NCBI GenBank assembly: GCA_043228905.1
Contig: JBHGNT010000631.1
Coordinates: 1-18,760, forward strand
Source: Azolla caroliniana
Lineage: Eukaryota; Plantae; Polypodiophyta
Length of the DNA stretch: 18,760 nucleotides
Direction: 5' to 3'
Numbering within the stretch: the stretch's first letter is position 1; every line of letters begins with the position of its first letter. This document shows, piece after piece, positions 1 through 11,131 of this stretch. The translations under genes were made by a program, and so were the position numbers. The notes under the pieces are model-generated. The model was given only the letters and a program-made list of their open reading frames with translations, ran no database searches and was not told the origin of the DNA.

Positions 1-33
1 AAACATAGGCATGAAGAATATGAAGTAGGTGAC

Positions 34-507
34 TTGGTGTTCATCAAGTTGGATAGCGAACAATTTATTCTTCCAAAGGCTATCACCCCAAAGCTTGCTC
101 GACGGTACGATGGTTCCTTTCCCATCATCGAGAAACTATCTCCATTGACTTACAAAGTCAAGCTACTGGAACACATGGGTGTGCATCCGGTGTTCCACAT
201 TTCTTTGCTCAAGAGGAGCTACATGGATGAAAACCATGAGGATATGACGGTTCGAAGGGGTCCCTCCTTGGTGATTGACAAGGGTAGCGACTACGTCTTG
301 GAGGCCATCCTTCGTCATCGGGATCGACCAAACCAAAATGGGCCTAATAGGTTCTACTTTTGCCAATGGAAATGCAAACCCACGGAAGAGAATTCGTGGC
401 AACAAGGCGCGACCTTGTGGCAATTTGAAGATGTGGTTAATGCGTATAATTCCCATCACCCTTTTAAAATGAAGAGGGGACATCTTCTTCAAAGGGGGGA
501 ATTGTAA
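34..507 (+). CDS. Retrotransposon pol C-terminus: integrase GPY/F (SH3-like) region plus chromodomain; partial, frame is open from the window edge
   Basis: KLARRYDGSFPIIEKLSPLTYKVKL...VHPVFHISLLK matches the gypsy integrase KL.PRF.GPF...Y.L.LP...HPVFHVSLLK motif. YVLEAILRHR...YFCQWKCKPTEENSW...LWQF is a chromodomain. The stop TAA falls within the first bases of the LTR. Confidence 0.9.
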   Translation: MVFIKLDSEQFILPKAITPKLARRYDGSFPIIEKLSPLTYKVKLLEHMGVHPVFHISLLKRSYMDENHEDMTVRRGPSLVIDKGSDYVLEAILRHRDRPNQNGPNRFYFCQWKCKPTEENSWQQGATLWQFEDVVNAYNSHHPFKMKRGHLLQRGEL

Positions 508-1145
508 CATATCCGATGTGTTGAGGGGTTCCATGATTGGAACCGCAACACCCACCTCGACAGATTGAGGCGAGGGCCTTTCTCGACGGATAGAGAAGGT
601 GCCCATGACTCAAGGTAAGAGTCGTGGGCTTATAAGTCTTCTCGATGGATGGGGAAGACACCCATGACCCAATGTGTGAGGCATGGTTTGTACGTGTTCA
701 ATTGCCAAGGTGCACATGGGGAATGTAACCTCTAGTGCATTGAATACCCCAAAGTACTCAAGTACCTTTGTGGGGGAAGGGAATCTCCCAATGCATTCAA
801 ATAACCTAATGTGGTCAAATCCTATGTGTGGGAATGGAATCTCCCTAGGCATTCAATCAACTTTAGATGTAGTCAAGTACCTATGTGGGGGAATGGAATC
901 TCCCTAGTGATTGTATTCAATACCGTTATGATTGATATAAGGTACTAATGTACTATATGGGGAGACTTATGAGAGAATAAAGAGGATCTTCTATATAAGT
1001 TGGATAGAGAGGGTGGTTGGGTGGAGGTTCAACGGATCCAAGCTCTCTTTCTTAGTCATTTATCCCCATAGTCGAAGAGCGTTGACACGCGAGTCTGAAT
1101 CTAATCGGCGATCCAACCTTATCGCAAAATTTTGGTGGTGTTACA
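503..1145 (+). repeat. 3' LTR (643 bp)
   Basis: 7-bp terminal inverted repeat TGTAACA...TGTTACA directly after the PPT; TATA-like CTATATAAG at 991-999; internal ~57-bp tandem units at 759-907. Confidence 0.88.
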
Positions 1146-1385
1146 GGGGGGGATAAGTTCACATGCATCACCTCCCATTGAACCAGACCAATACGATATT
1201 TTAGGCCAATGCCATTTTATGTCTGGAGAGGGGTTTGAAACACTACTCCTGTCATGAAAATCAAGGACTACAAGTTTCTGAATTGAAAAGCATAGGTAGA
1301 CCAAATCGAAGGACTAGGCATTCCCCATAATCATTCCAACATTGTGACAAAACCATTGACTTTAAACAACTTCATCATATATCAA

Positions 1386-1434
1386 ATAGCACATAGCACA
1401 TAGCACATAGCACATAGCACATAGCACATAGCAC
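1386..1434. repeat. (ATAGCAC)7 heptamer tandem repeat
   Basis: Seven perfect copies read directly. Confidence 0.95.
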
Positions 1435-1985
1435 AATAGCGGCCCACCACGGCCCTAGAACCTTTTCGCTTTGGTGCGGATGAAGCACCTACCACATATA
1501 ACATACAACATGCCACATGCCAATACCACATACCACTAAATACAAGACATCGGATGAAACATTAGGCATGTGGGTTTAACTACATATAACCAATAAAACA
1601 TGGGTCTAACTACATACATACATAACATGTTCTTTGGATTGTGGGTTTTGGCCCCTCCCTTCCTCTTGTAGAGACTTTAGGACACTTTCTTCTTCATATT
1701 TCTCCTCCTTTTTCTTCTTCAGTTCCCCTGTTTGCTCGTGATACCATATATAATCTGCACATAGATTTTTATTTTATTTTACTTTGCTCACTTATGGATT
1801 AAAAAAAACCCTCTTATTTTGACTTGGCATTAATTATGTCTGATTTAAGCATCTCTCTTATTCCTTGATGCTGATATACTCTGTTTTTCTATCAATAAGG
1901 TACCATAAAAGCCATGGTGATTTTTGTGCCTGCGATATCATATCAATATTAGTTCATGAGCTCATGTATCTTGTCAATCATTGGT

Positions 1986-1986
<1 letters not shown>

Positions 1987-2016
<30 letters not shown>

Positions 2017-2034
2017 AAGAAGAAGAAGAAGAAG
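1987..2034. repeat. (AAG)16 microsatellite
   Basis: Perfect trinucleotide run; it produces the spurious poly-K and poly-R ORFs. Confidence 0.97.
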
Positions 2035-2212
2035 GCCATTACATATTTTAATGTGTGCATAAAAGAACTAATCGTTGATAATGTCTCTAATATGGTTTTG
2101 ATAAGATGGTTCAGAGTTTCCTGTATAGAGTCGCTAAATATTTTCCGAATGGGTTTTCCTGTTTGGCTTTAGGTCATAATTATCACAGCTTATAGGGCCA
2201 GCGACACTGGCG

Positions 2213-2247
2213 ATGGAATGTTCAAATGGCAGTCACGTATGTGGTGG
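2213..2247 (+). CDS. RDR2: Putative short first coding exon of the RDR gene (MECSNGSHVCG-G)
   Basis: Acceptor TTTAG at 2168-2172, ATG at 2213, consensus donor G|GTAAGT at 2248. Its phase 2 fits the pyrimidine-tract acceptor ending at 3066 and the acceptor at 2943. Alternative start: ATG at 3035. Confidence 0.5.
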
Positions 2248-3066
2248 GTAAGTGTTTCTTGAGTGTTTCCAATCCCTCTTAAAACATAATAAGGTTTCAT
2301 AAGCGATAAAACATTGTGATTAATTTTGTTTTATGTTGCTTGTAATAATGGTAAATCACTGTATATAACTTGTCTAGTGTTTCTGGAATATTGTGCGCGT
2401 GAAATTCAATGGGCTGTATCATTAATGTTTGGATGCAATGATAAGATATTGTATTTAATCTCCAATCTTTGTCTGAAACCTCTCTACTTTTCTCCTATCT
2501 GTTGTCTATTTGCTCCAACGAACAATCAACTCAGGCTTTATATGTACTATTTAATGCCCAATAATTATGCTTTTTATAGTTTCTGACATCTGTTAGGAAT
2601 CATGGGTTTTCCTACACCAATAAGACCATTCAAATTATTGATAATAAATACAGTATAGTCTCCTAGAATTGATCAATTGTTGATAAAAAAATAAAAATAG
2701 TGATAAGTGATTCTCTGTACTGGTTTATAGAGTGTGCTCCTGCTAGGTGCTTATTATCTAGCAGATGTTATTGATAAACTGTTCTCTATATGTAGTTTAA
2801 ATCTTGTACAGATAAATCCATAATTTGCATGTTCATTGTCATCTTTAGCTAGTAAGTGAATATGTGAATACTTGTATGTATGCATGTATGTACGTGTGTA
2901 TCTGTGTATGTATGTTTATATGTGTATATATCTATGCATGCAGATATTACAAGGAAAGATATTTATGTGTGTATGATGTGTCTATATGCTATGTGTATGA
3001 GGTGGAATGTTTGAGATCGTCAAGAGAGATAGAAATGAACTTTTCTTTATTTTTACCCTCAACAAG

Positions 3067-3586
3067 TACCTGCACTGTACGCATCTCGAAAATACCGTAT
3101 ACAGCCATGGCAGAGGATCTCGTAGAGTTCTTGAACACTTCCATAAGCAGCAATACAGTTTTCGCATGCAAAATTCACACAGAAAAGATGAATTGGAAGT
3201 CCAAAGGTTATGGATTTGTTCAATTTGAGACAGAAGGAGATGCAAAGAAAGCTGTAGAACTGGCGAAAAAATGCCGGCTTAAATTTGAAGGAAGCATGCT
3301 AGAGGTTGAATTTGAGGCCAAAGAAATTGTAAGCCGACCACAAATAACCGTTCAATGCAAGTCTTTGTATGTTGGATGTCTTACAAACCCTACCATATTG
3401 TGTGTGTTATGGTCCTCAAAGAGGGAGGTTACTCTAGAGCTAGATTGCAAAAAAGGAAAATTAGCTCTTATAGTGGATATCCTTGATAGTGGTGCAAAAT
3501 ATAAACTAACTTGGAAGCTTAAAAGCTTGGACATTTCTGGCACTGATCGAGAAAAGAACTTGAAGGACAATTTTGTATTGCTGCAG
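3067..3586 (+). CDS. RDR2: RDR1/RDR2-type RNA-dependent RNA polymerase, RRM-encoding exon (starts at 3035 if the ATG there is used)
   Basis: TVRISKIPYTAMAEDLVEFL...TVFACKIHTEKMNWKSKGYGFVQFE resembles the N-terminal RRM of plant RDR2; phase-0 donor CAG|GTATAG at 3587. Confidence 0.88.
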
Positions 3587-4915
3587 GTATAGGCTCTCTC
3601 TCTTTTCTGTGTTTCACACTGTTAGAAGATGATAAACATGAAATTTTGGTATAAGAGAACTCATTCATCATACTTTTTGAGTAGAGTACTTGTGTGACTT
3701 GATAAAGATGATGACGCTGACATCTTCCAACTTTATGAATCTGGACACAATAAGTAAAGGTCACAATTGTGCTTGTTTTTTAATTTTCTTTATTTTCCCC
3801 TTTGTATAAGAAAAACACAAAGTGACTCTCAGTAAGAAGTGTAATGAAACATTTATTGCATGAATTTTTTTGATAATAAGAAATCGTGACACATTTTGCA
3901 TTTTATTTCTTCTTGATTTTACTTGTTGGTAAGCACGATGGCCTTTGGAAAATAGCTAAGTTGGATGTGAATACACCACCCCAAAAAGGAGATGAGAGAA
4001 AGATTGGTCACTTAAGGGCCAATTAAGTGGTTCAATAGCTAGAACTTAGCACTTGATTAGTTATCATCACACCTAATTAGTTAACTCATTACAATATATT
4101 TTATTGTAAAAAAATATGAATGGAATTGTAGGTTAATAAAGGCAGCTTTCAGTTGCATCGGGACAACTAGTAATTGCTTTGTCAGCCGCCTAGAAGGGTA
4201 ATTTATAAATTAATTTCGGCAAATGAAAGGACTTCTCACTCAGGGCTGAGCAGCATAGTCCATGGGGGACCCCTCAGACAGTGATCGGGGGTCCCTCGAG
4301 CACAATTATATGTATATTCTCCACTGTATTCTATGGGTTTATATCTTTCCAGATTCATTGACAAATCTCAATCACTATGGATAATTCGACATGTATTGAG
4401 AATCCGTCTTACGGTACTTTGCGCACCAATAATGTAGAACAATTGGTCTTTATGATTTGAGTCAAGATTTATGGGTTTGTCAAAGAAACATGAGGAACTT
4501 GTGATATTTTTAGTGTTTACCTTAGTTTCCTATTTAAAAGAGGGCAATTGATACTACTGTTTGCATTTGTCTAGAGAGGTTGAGCAAGAAGTCAATATTA
4601 CTCATGCAACCTTTTTTTCAGAGATTGAATTTATGTATCTATTTCAACTTGCTATATTTTCTGAGATTCATATTTCAGTTTAACTAAAGATTGTTTCCAC
4701 ATGTATATCAAAACAAACGTGTTCCTTATGCAGAATGTATTTGATTTATAAATGAAAAGTGATACTTTCATATCTTTGCATCAATTTTAAATCTTTAATT
4801 TGATAGGAATTTGGGTTCATTAAAGGTCAGCAAAAAAATGTATTTACTTGCCTCAAGTCATGGGGGATTATTGCTGATAATTTGTTACTTCTAAACTTGT
4901 CAACTGCGTTTACAG

Positions 4916-6798
4916 ATGAAACATGCTCCGAAGATCAAGCAGAAATTCGGTAGCAACAAAAGAAAAAGGGAGAAACAGTTTGATCGATATACTTTCTTTC
5001 GAGAGAACCAGGAAGATCATTGGTATCCTTGGTGTCGATGTACAGACTTCACGGAAAATGAAAGTATTGGGAACTCATCTGCTTATTATATAGAGATCTC
5101 AGCAGCAGATAAACATGGTTATTTGGAATTTACCAAGCACCTAGCAGTCATCCAAGCTTTCCGGGTGATAGATAATATTTCTTTACAATTTCGTAGTATA
5201 TACTCGAGGGCACATGGGCTTGTGCCTATCCTTAGCTGCTCTAATTTGAACGAGCTTCCATTTAATGTTATTTTCAAAATCTATAAGCTTGTGCAATGTG
5301 GTATTCTCAGTGGTCCAATTCTTGACCATGTTGATCTCAAAATGTTTCATCCTTCAACGACACCACTTCGAAATACACAAATAGCACTTGAGAAGCTTTT
5401 AGTTACAAAAGAGTGTTGTTATGATTTTGTGGGATGGTTTCAACGTGAAATCAAGTTGCAACAAGATCAGTTCTCAAAAAATATCTTTACAAACAGTGTA
5501 ACTGAAGGTTTGATGTTAATGCATCATCTTACTATAACACCTACAAAAATTTATTTCTTGGGACCAGAAGTAGAGATGTCAAACCGTGTCGTGCGAAATA
5601 ATGCAGAAAATGTGGAGAATTTCCTTCGGGTTCACTTCACAGATGAAGATATGGATTTACTTCGTTCAAAGGCATTGCTAGTCACAGATGAATCCTCAAA
5701 AATAATCATAAAATCAGAACACACAGAAATCTATTCTAGAATTCTTAGGATTTTAAAGGAGGGGATTGAACTGGGCGGGAGGAAATTCGAATTCCTAGCT
5801 TTCTCTGCCAGCCAGCTCAGAGAACATTCGGTTTGGATGTTTGCATCAAACCAAACCACCACAGCTGATAAGATCCGTGCATGGATGGGCGACTTTACAA
5901 CCATAAAAAATGTTGCAAATTGTGCTGCTAGGATGGGCCAGTGCTTCAGTGCATCAAAGAAAGGCCCGGATACATATGCATATGAAATTGAAGAGATTCC
6001 AGATATTGAAAGAGAGGTTGGAGGTGTGAAGTATTGCTTTTCAGATGGCATAGGGAGGATATCTCCGACATTTGCTATCGAAGTAGCATCAAAGTGTGGA
6101 TACTCAGTCACTGGAAAAGCACCATCAGCTTTCCAAATTCGATATGCAGGTTACAAAGGTGTTGTAGCAATTCATCCAACCTCAACTTGCAAGCTGTCTT
6201 TGAGGAGAAGCATGAAAAAATTTTCTTCGGATTTAATGTCACTTGATATACTCGAATGGAGTCGTTTTCTTCCATGTTATTTAAATCGCCAAATAATAAC
6301 CCTCTTGTCTACACTTGGTGTAGAGGACCAGGTTTTTGAAACAATACAAGAGGAAAGAATCACATTATTGAATGGACTGCTGAATGAAAGGTTTTCAGCT
6401 GTTGAGGCTATTCAGGCTTCTTATGCGGGGGAATGTCATAAGGTTGTGGTGGAGATGTTGCTTGCTGGATATGCTCCCAATTGTGAGCCTTTCCTCTCAA
6501 GCATGTTCCAAGCCTTCAAAGCAGCTCAGGTTTATCAGATTTGTAAGAGATCAAGAATTTTTATCCCTAATGGGAGAGTACTGATGGGCTGTTTGGATGA
6601 GACTGCAGATTTAGCTTATGGAGAAGTATTTATTCAAATATCTGCATCTGATGGCAGCCTTTCAGTTATCCAGGGAAATGTAGTTGTTGCAAAGAATCCG
6701 TGCCTCCATCCGGGAGATGTTCGTGTTTTGGTTGCTGTAGATTCACCAAACCTTCAACATATGGTTGATTGTATTGTTTTCCCCCAGAATGGTAACCG
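4916..6798 (+). CDS. RDR2: RDR1/RDR2-type RNA-dependent RNA polymerase, large central exon
   Basis: Acceptor TACAG at 4911-4915. Motifs ITPTKIYFLGPEVEMSNRVVR, FLRVHFTDED, FLAFSASQLR, CAARMGQCFS, FSDGIGRIS, PSAFQIRYAGYKGV, GCLDET, KNPCLHPGD. Phase-2 donor CG|GTGCGT at 6799. Confidence 0.96.
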
Positions 6799-6993
6799 GT
6801 GCGTACTCCACATTTAAATATTTGTCTTTCTGCATCTAAGAAGTTTGTTAGGGTAGGGGTGGGTAATACCTACAGGGTAAACACTTCATTTTTTTGACGT
6901 TAAAGAAACCAAGGGCAAGTGTTTGTGAATAGGCTGGCAAAGAAAGCATGTTTTGTTGAGATTTTAAGTTCACTTTTGGATTTCTCTATGCAG

Positions 6994-7144
6994 GCCACAT
7001 CCAAATGAATGTTCTGGTAGCGATCTGGACGGTGACCTTTACTTTGTCACATGGGACAAGAGGTTGATCCCGCCAGTTACAGAGGCCCCCATGGATTATC
7101 ATCCACCCAATCCTATTTTATTGGATCATTCTCCTACACTTGAG
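6994..7144 (+). CDS. RDR2: RDR catalytic exon (not in the ORF track)
   Basis: TGCAG acceptor; encodes (R)PHPNECSGSDLDGDLYFVTWDKRLIPPVTEAPMDYHPPNPILLDHSPTLE with catalytic DLDGD at 7022-7036; donor GAG|GTATGT at 7145; phases match both neighbouring exons. Confidence 0.96.
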
Positions 7145-8183
7145 GTATGTGGTGAAGAACTCATTTCAGTCCTGGGATATTTGCATAGAGAGATAGCTTG
7201 GAAAACCTGAGTCTCTCGAGTGAAAGTTGAATATCAGTAGACTGGATTTTTATTTTTTAACATAATTTCAGGAGTGAGATTCGAGATTCTGATGTTATTA
7301 TATATCTTCATGATCCAATTAAATTAATTTCTTCATTATAATTCACATCTTGTATATATTTTTGAAAGGAATCCATCATGTTTTGTAAGTATGTGTGTGT
7401 TTCTTCTCTAGTGCCTATCCTCATCTTCTATTGACCAATTTAATTGAAATACATATTACCAAGAGAGATTCTGTGGTATAACCTATTTCTATTAAGCACA
7501 CACATATAATAGATATGAAGCTGTACTAACAATGCTCCCATGCACATGAGGCCAACAAGTATATTCTCGCATAACCTTGTTGGCAGTTGATGGCCACAGG
7601 GCATCATGGTATATCTCATCTATGTCCTTGCTGGCCATTTCTCCCACCATTGCTATCTTATATACTAGAGCTTCATTATCCTCGCTTAACAATGTTAGCT
7701 AGCTTCATGTATTTTTGCTTTATCACAGGACATGTAACCTATGACAATAGATCATCATTGGGTTGTGTTGCATTCATGCATATGCCTCCTTTGGCATACC
7801 GGCAATGTTTGTTCATAGTCAAGATTCCCCATAACATTTCTGAGACCCATGATCCAGCTTCCATTAATCAAAATATTGGCAGTCTTATATGATCAAGTGG
7901 AGCTTACTAGGGACATCATAGGTCTCTCTCTATGTTCCTCCTATTCTTGTCAGATGGATCTTGATGGGAAATTTCTATCATTCCCTTTGGCAAGCCCACT
8001 TTCTTGATTCCTGCTTCATTAGATTTCTATTTCATCAAAGCATGTTTGATTAAATAGTTAGTGTAATATTTCATATTACATGAGTGATATCTATTTGTGT
8101 TTGAAGAGTCCATTTGACTATGTAACCAGTAAGGAAAGCTTAAAGTATTCTTTCACCTTGCATCTCTTCCGGATGTTTTGCAG

Positions 8184-9047
8184 GAAATCCAAACATACTT
8201 TGTTGATTACATGCAAAATGATAACCTCGGAACGATAGCGAATGCACATGTGGTTTTTGCTGATAAGGAGCCTGAAAAGGCTAGAGCTTGGCAATGCAAA
8301 GAACTTGCTTTACTTTCATCTATTTCTGTGGATTTCCCGAAGACTGGTGTTGCAGCAATATTGCCAAAATACTTGCGCCCACATATATATCCTAATTTCA
8401 TGGAAAAAAGAGATAAGAAAAGCTATATATCGACTGGGGTTCTTGGGAAGCTTTACAGAGCAGCAAAACTGACTGTTCTTGGAAATACTTCAAAGATCAG
8501 TATAAATGATGTTTTGAGGTCATATGACGAGGATTTGATGCAAGAAGGTTTTGAGCATTACTTGACGGTATCCCTTGATTATAAGAAGCTTTACAACACC
8601 AAACTCATGTCTTTGATGGATTTGTATGGAGTTCAGACTGAAGCTGAGATGGTTTCCGGGTTTTTCTCCGAGTTGCATCCTGTTATCGGCAACTATTCAA
8701 AAATGAATAGCGATCCTCGAAAGGTTGAAGACAAAGTTCGTGAAGCCATGATTGCCCTTCAATTAGAAGCAAAAAATTGGTACAACAATATGGTCAAAGA
8801 TGCTCCATTTCCAACAACAAATGTAAAGTATGCTATAGCTTCATCATGGTATCATGTGACTTATCATCCGGATTTCCTGAAATGTCATGGGTCGTGTAGA
8901 AATGATGAAGAAGAAACTCTCTTTCTTAGCTTTCCATGGGTATTGTACGACAAATTATTAGATATCAAGAGAAATGTCGGCCTAAAGAAATCTAAACTAA
9001 CTTCAAATGGCATTTTTACACCATCCAGTTTGATGACTGACTGCTAA
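8184..9047 (+). CDS. RDR2: RDR last coding exon
   Basis: TTTTGCAG acceptor ending at 8183; EIQTYFVDYMQNDNLGTIANAH, VDFPKTG, YPNFMEK, ASSWYHVTYHP, FLSFPW; stop TAA at 9045-9047. Confidence 0.95.
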   Translation, partial: EIQTYFVDYMQNDNLGTIANAHVVFADKEPEKARAWQCKELALLSSISVDFPKTGVAAILPKYLRPHIYPNFMEKRDKKSYISTGVLGKLYRAAKLTVLGNTSKISINDVLRSYDEDLMQEGFEHYLTVSLDYKKLYNTKLMSLMDLYGVQTEAEMVSGFFSELHPVIGNYSKMNSDPRKVEDKVREAMIALQLEAKNWYNNMVKDAPFPTTNVKYAIASSWYHVTYHPDFLKCHGSCRNDEEETLFLSFPWVLYDKLLDIKRNVGLKKSKLTSNGIFTPSSLMTDC

Positions 9048-9651
9048 GATTAAACAGCGAACACAATCATTGACAACGTGTTTAGAAAACCCCATGATAC
9101 AAATAACGAATACTTTGTAACAAGATCGAGAAAGTTAACAATTTTGATCTGTAGTAGTTTGTTGTTCAGGTTGTAATTTTTTTTATGTTGGTTGAAAAAG
9201 CCTTTATGCCATCTAGATTGATGATTTAACTCCTAAGATGAATCAAGAGCCACAATTACACATCAATATACACATGTTACTAAGAAACATTCAGCTGGCA
9301 ATAGAATGTTTGTTGTCATTTAGTGGAATGTTGATATACATCCATAAACGGTTTTGGGGTAGGCAAGTATATACTTCATTCGTTTTTCCCTATAGAAGAA
9401 GAGAGAAGAGAACATCATTTATAATATTTCTTCTTGGTTTTCTATGTACACAAGCAAATGATTTGTTTTGCCATATTTCATGGGGGGATTTTGTGTCCTT
9501 GATGACCATTTCTTACATTTTTTCACCCCTTTTTTTTTTGAGTAACATGCTTCTCGTAGAGACACTCATTGTTTTTGAATGGCTATGTGAATAGTAATAA
9601 TAAAACGAAGAAAAGTTATAATTGTTATAAATATTGAGAAAGGCATTGTAA

Positions 9652-9682
<31 letters not shown>

Positions 9683-9696
9683 TGCACACACACACA
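9652..9696. repeat. Compound (TC)n(CA)n microsatellite
   Basis: Read directly. Confidence 0.9.
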
Positions 9697-9953
9697 AGCA
9701 TGGTTTCTTAAAATCTACGAACGTTCTTGATCTCTCCCTTTTTTGCAATTTTCATTGTTGAAGGAACAATTCAATACAACAACATGGTTGTGTGACTGTT
9801 TTTTGTATATTCTAAAACTAGAAGTCGAGGCGGTTGTTTTCAGAGGTGCAAATCAGATAAAGATATGAACCAGATAAGTAAGATAAAAAACCAAACAAGC
9901 TAACGTAGAATTGGGACTTATATTGCTTATAGAAATTTGATATAGCATTCAAC

Positions 9954-10889
9954 ATGGCTTGACATGCATCAAAGGTTGTTGATGAGGTGTCGAAACATTC
10001 CAGTGGAAGCTCACATTCCTCGTCATAAAACAATTGCAATCATGTGCATGTCTTTAGAAAAAAGAATGATAAAGTTGCAAAACGACGTAAATGATGGCAA
10101 TGAAGGGAAATGATGTTCCAACATGTGGTGGATTTGCAAGCAATGGAGATCAAATGCTTGAAAGAAGAGTCACTTGCTATGAAGAAAATAACATTGCAAA
10201 TCCAAGATGCTCGCATGTCTAAATTAGAGACCAAAATAACAACATTACAAGTCAAGAAAGAATCATTAATAAAAGCAAATGTTGAGATGAAATATGGCCT
10301 TAGGCAAAAGAATATGCAATCATCCCCATTAGTTTTAGAGACTTTGGCAATGGTGGATGAGGACATATCGGTCGGTCAAGAAAGGGACATCATCGAAGAG
10401 TTGTGCTCAAACCAAAGTAAGACCCAAGAGACGGAAGGTGATGGCAAGGAAGTGAAGGTCAAAGCCTATGCGAAGGGCAAAGAGGCTAAATAGGTCACCA
10501 TGGTGCACAACAAGGGCTAAGCAGTTTGGGTGAGTTCAAAGGGTGTTCCTTTGGATGTGGTCGTGACATCCAACTTGAAGGTGGACACTATCACAAAGAT
10601 TGAAGGAACAAAGGTCAACTTTAACGCGAGAGGATACCACGAAATAGGGTGAAATGGGAAACATGCAATGTGGTCGTCTAAGGTCTCAAATGGGAGCATG
10701 TACTTGAAGAAGGGGCTACAAGGAGTAGTCAAAGTCAGTATTCAAATGGGGCCTAATGATGGCAAGAGCGGATTGACGGAAGAAGGAAGATTGAAGTGCC
10801 TTGACCAAGGGGATGGTAGGAATGAGGGTGGCATATGTTTGGTGCGTGAAGGGTTATGCTCAGGGAAAGTGAAGCCTCGTTTTTTATAA
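9954..10889 (+). pseudogene. Decayed ORF (basic region plus coiled coil), probably TE-derived
   Basis: ATG 9954, ORF 10110-10493 and ORF 10668-10889 share one frame, broken by isolated in-frame stops; no recognisable domain. Confidence 0.4.
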
Positions 10890-11041
10890 AAGGAAGAGAA
10901 GAGGGCTCATTTGGGGTTGGTCATTTGTGTTTTAGGGGTGCACCATTAGGGTTGTGTGATGCTTTTCTTCTTCTCCTCCTCAACGTACATGAGGTCTTGG
11001 GGTGCCTAGAATGGCTCCACCCCCCTCCCAAGGGGGTTCAA

Positions 11042-11071
11042 CGTTAAGGGGAGAGAGAGGAAGAGAGATGA

Positions 11072-11131
<60 letters not shown>

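Larger units (their letters stand above)
1..1145 (+). mobile_element. Ty3/Gypsy chromovirus LTR retrotransposon, 3' end (5' part lies outside the window)
   Basis: Integrase C-terminal ORF with chromodomain, then polypurine tract AAAGGGGGGAA (491-501), then an LTR bounded by TGTAACA (503) and TGTTACA (1145). Confidence 0.92.

Noticed and set aside
1865-2172. Poly-Arg and poly-Lys ORFs
   Set aside because: Translation of the (AAG)16 microsatellite.
2864-3034. Cys/Tyr/Val-rich N-terminus of the 242-aa ORF
   Set aside because: TG/TA low-complexity sequence with a GTG start; most likely intron or UTR.
4266-4295. GGGACCCC...GGGGTCCC hairpin in an RDR intron (possible Helitron end)
   Set aside because: Only an 8-bp stem, with no properly placed CTRR terminus.
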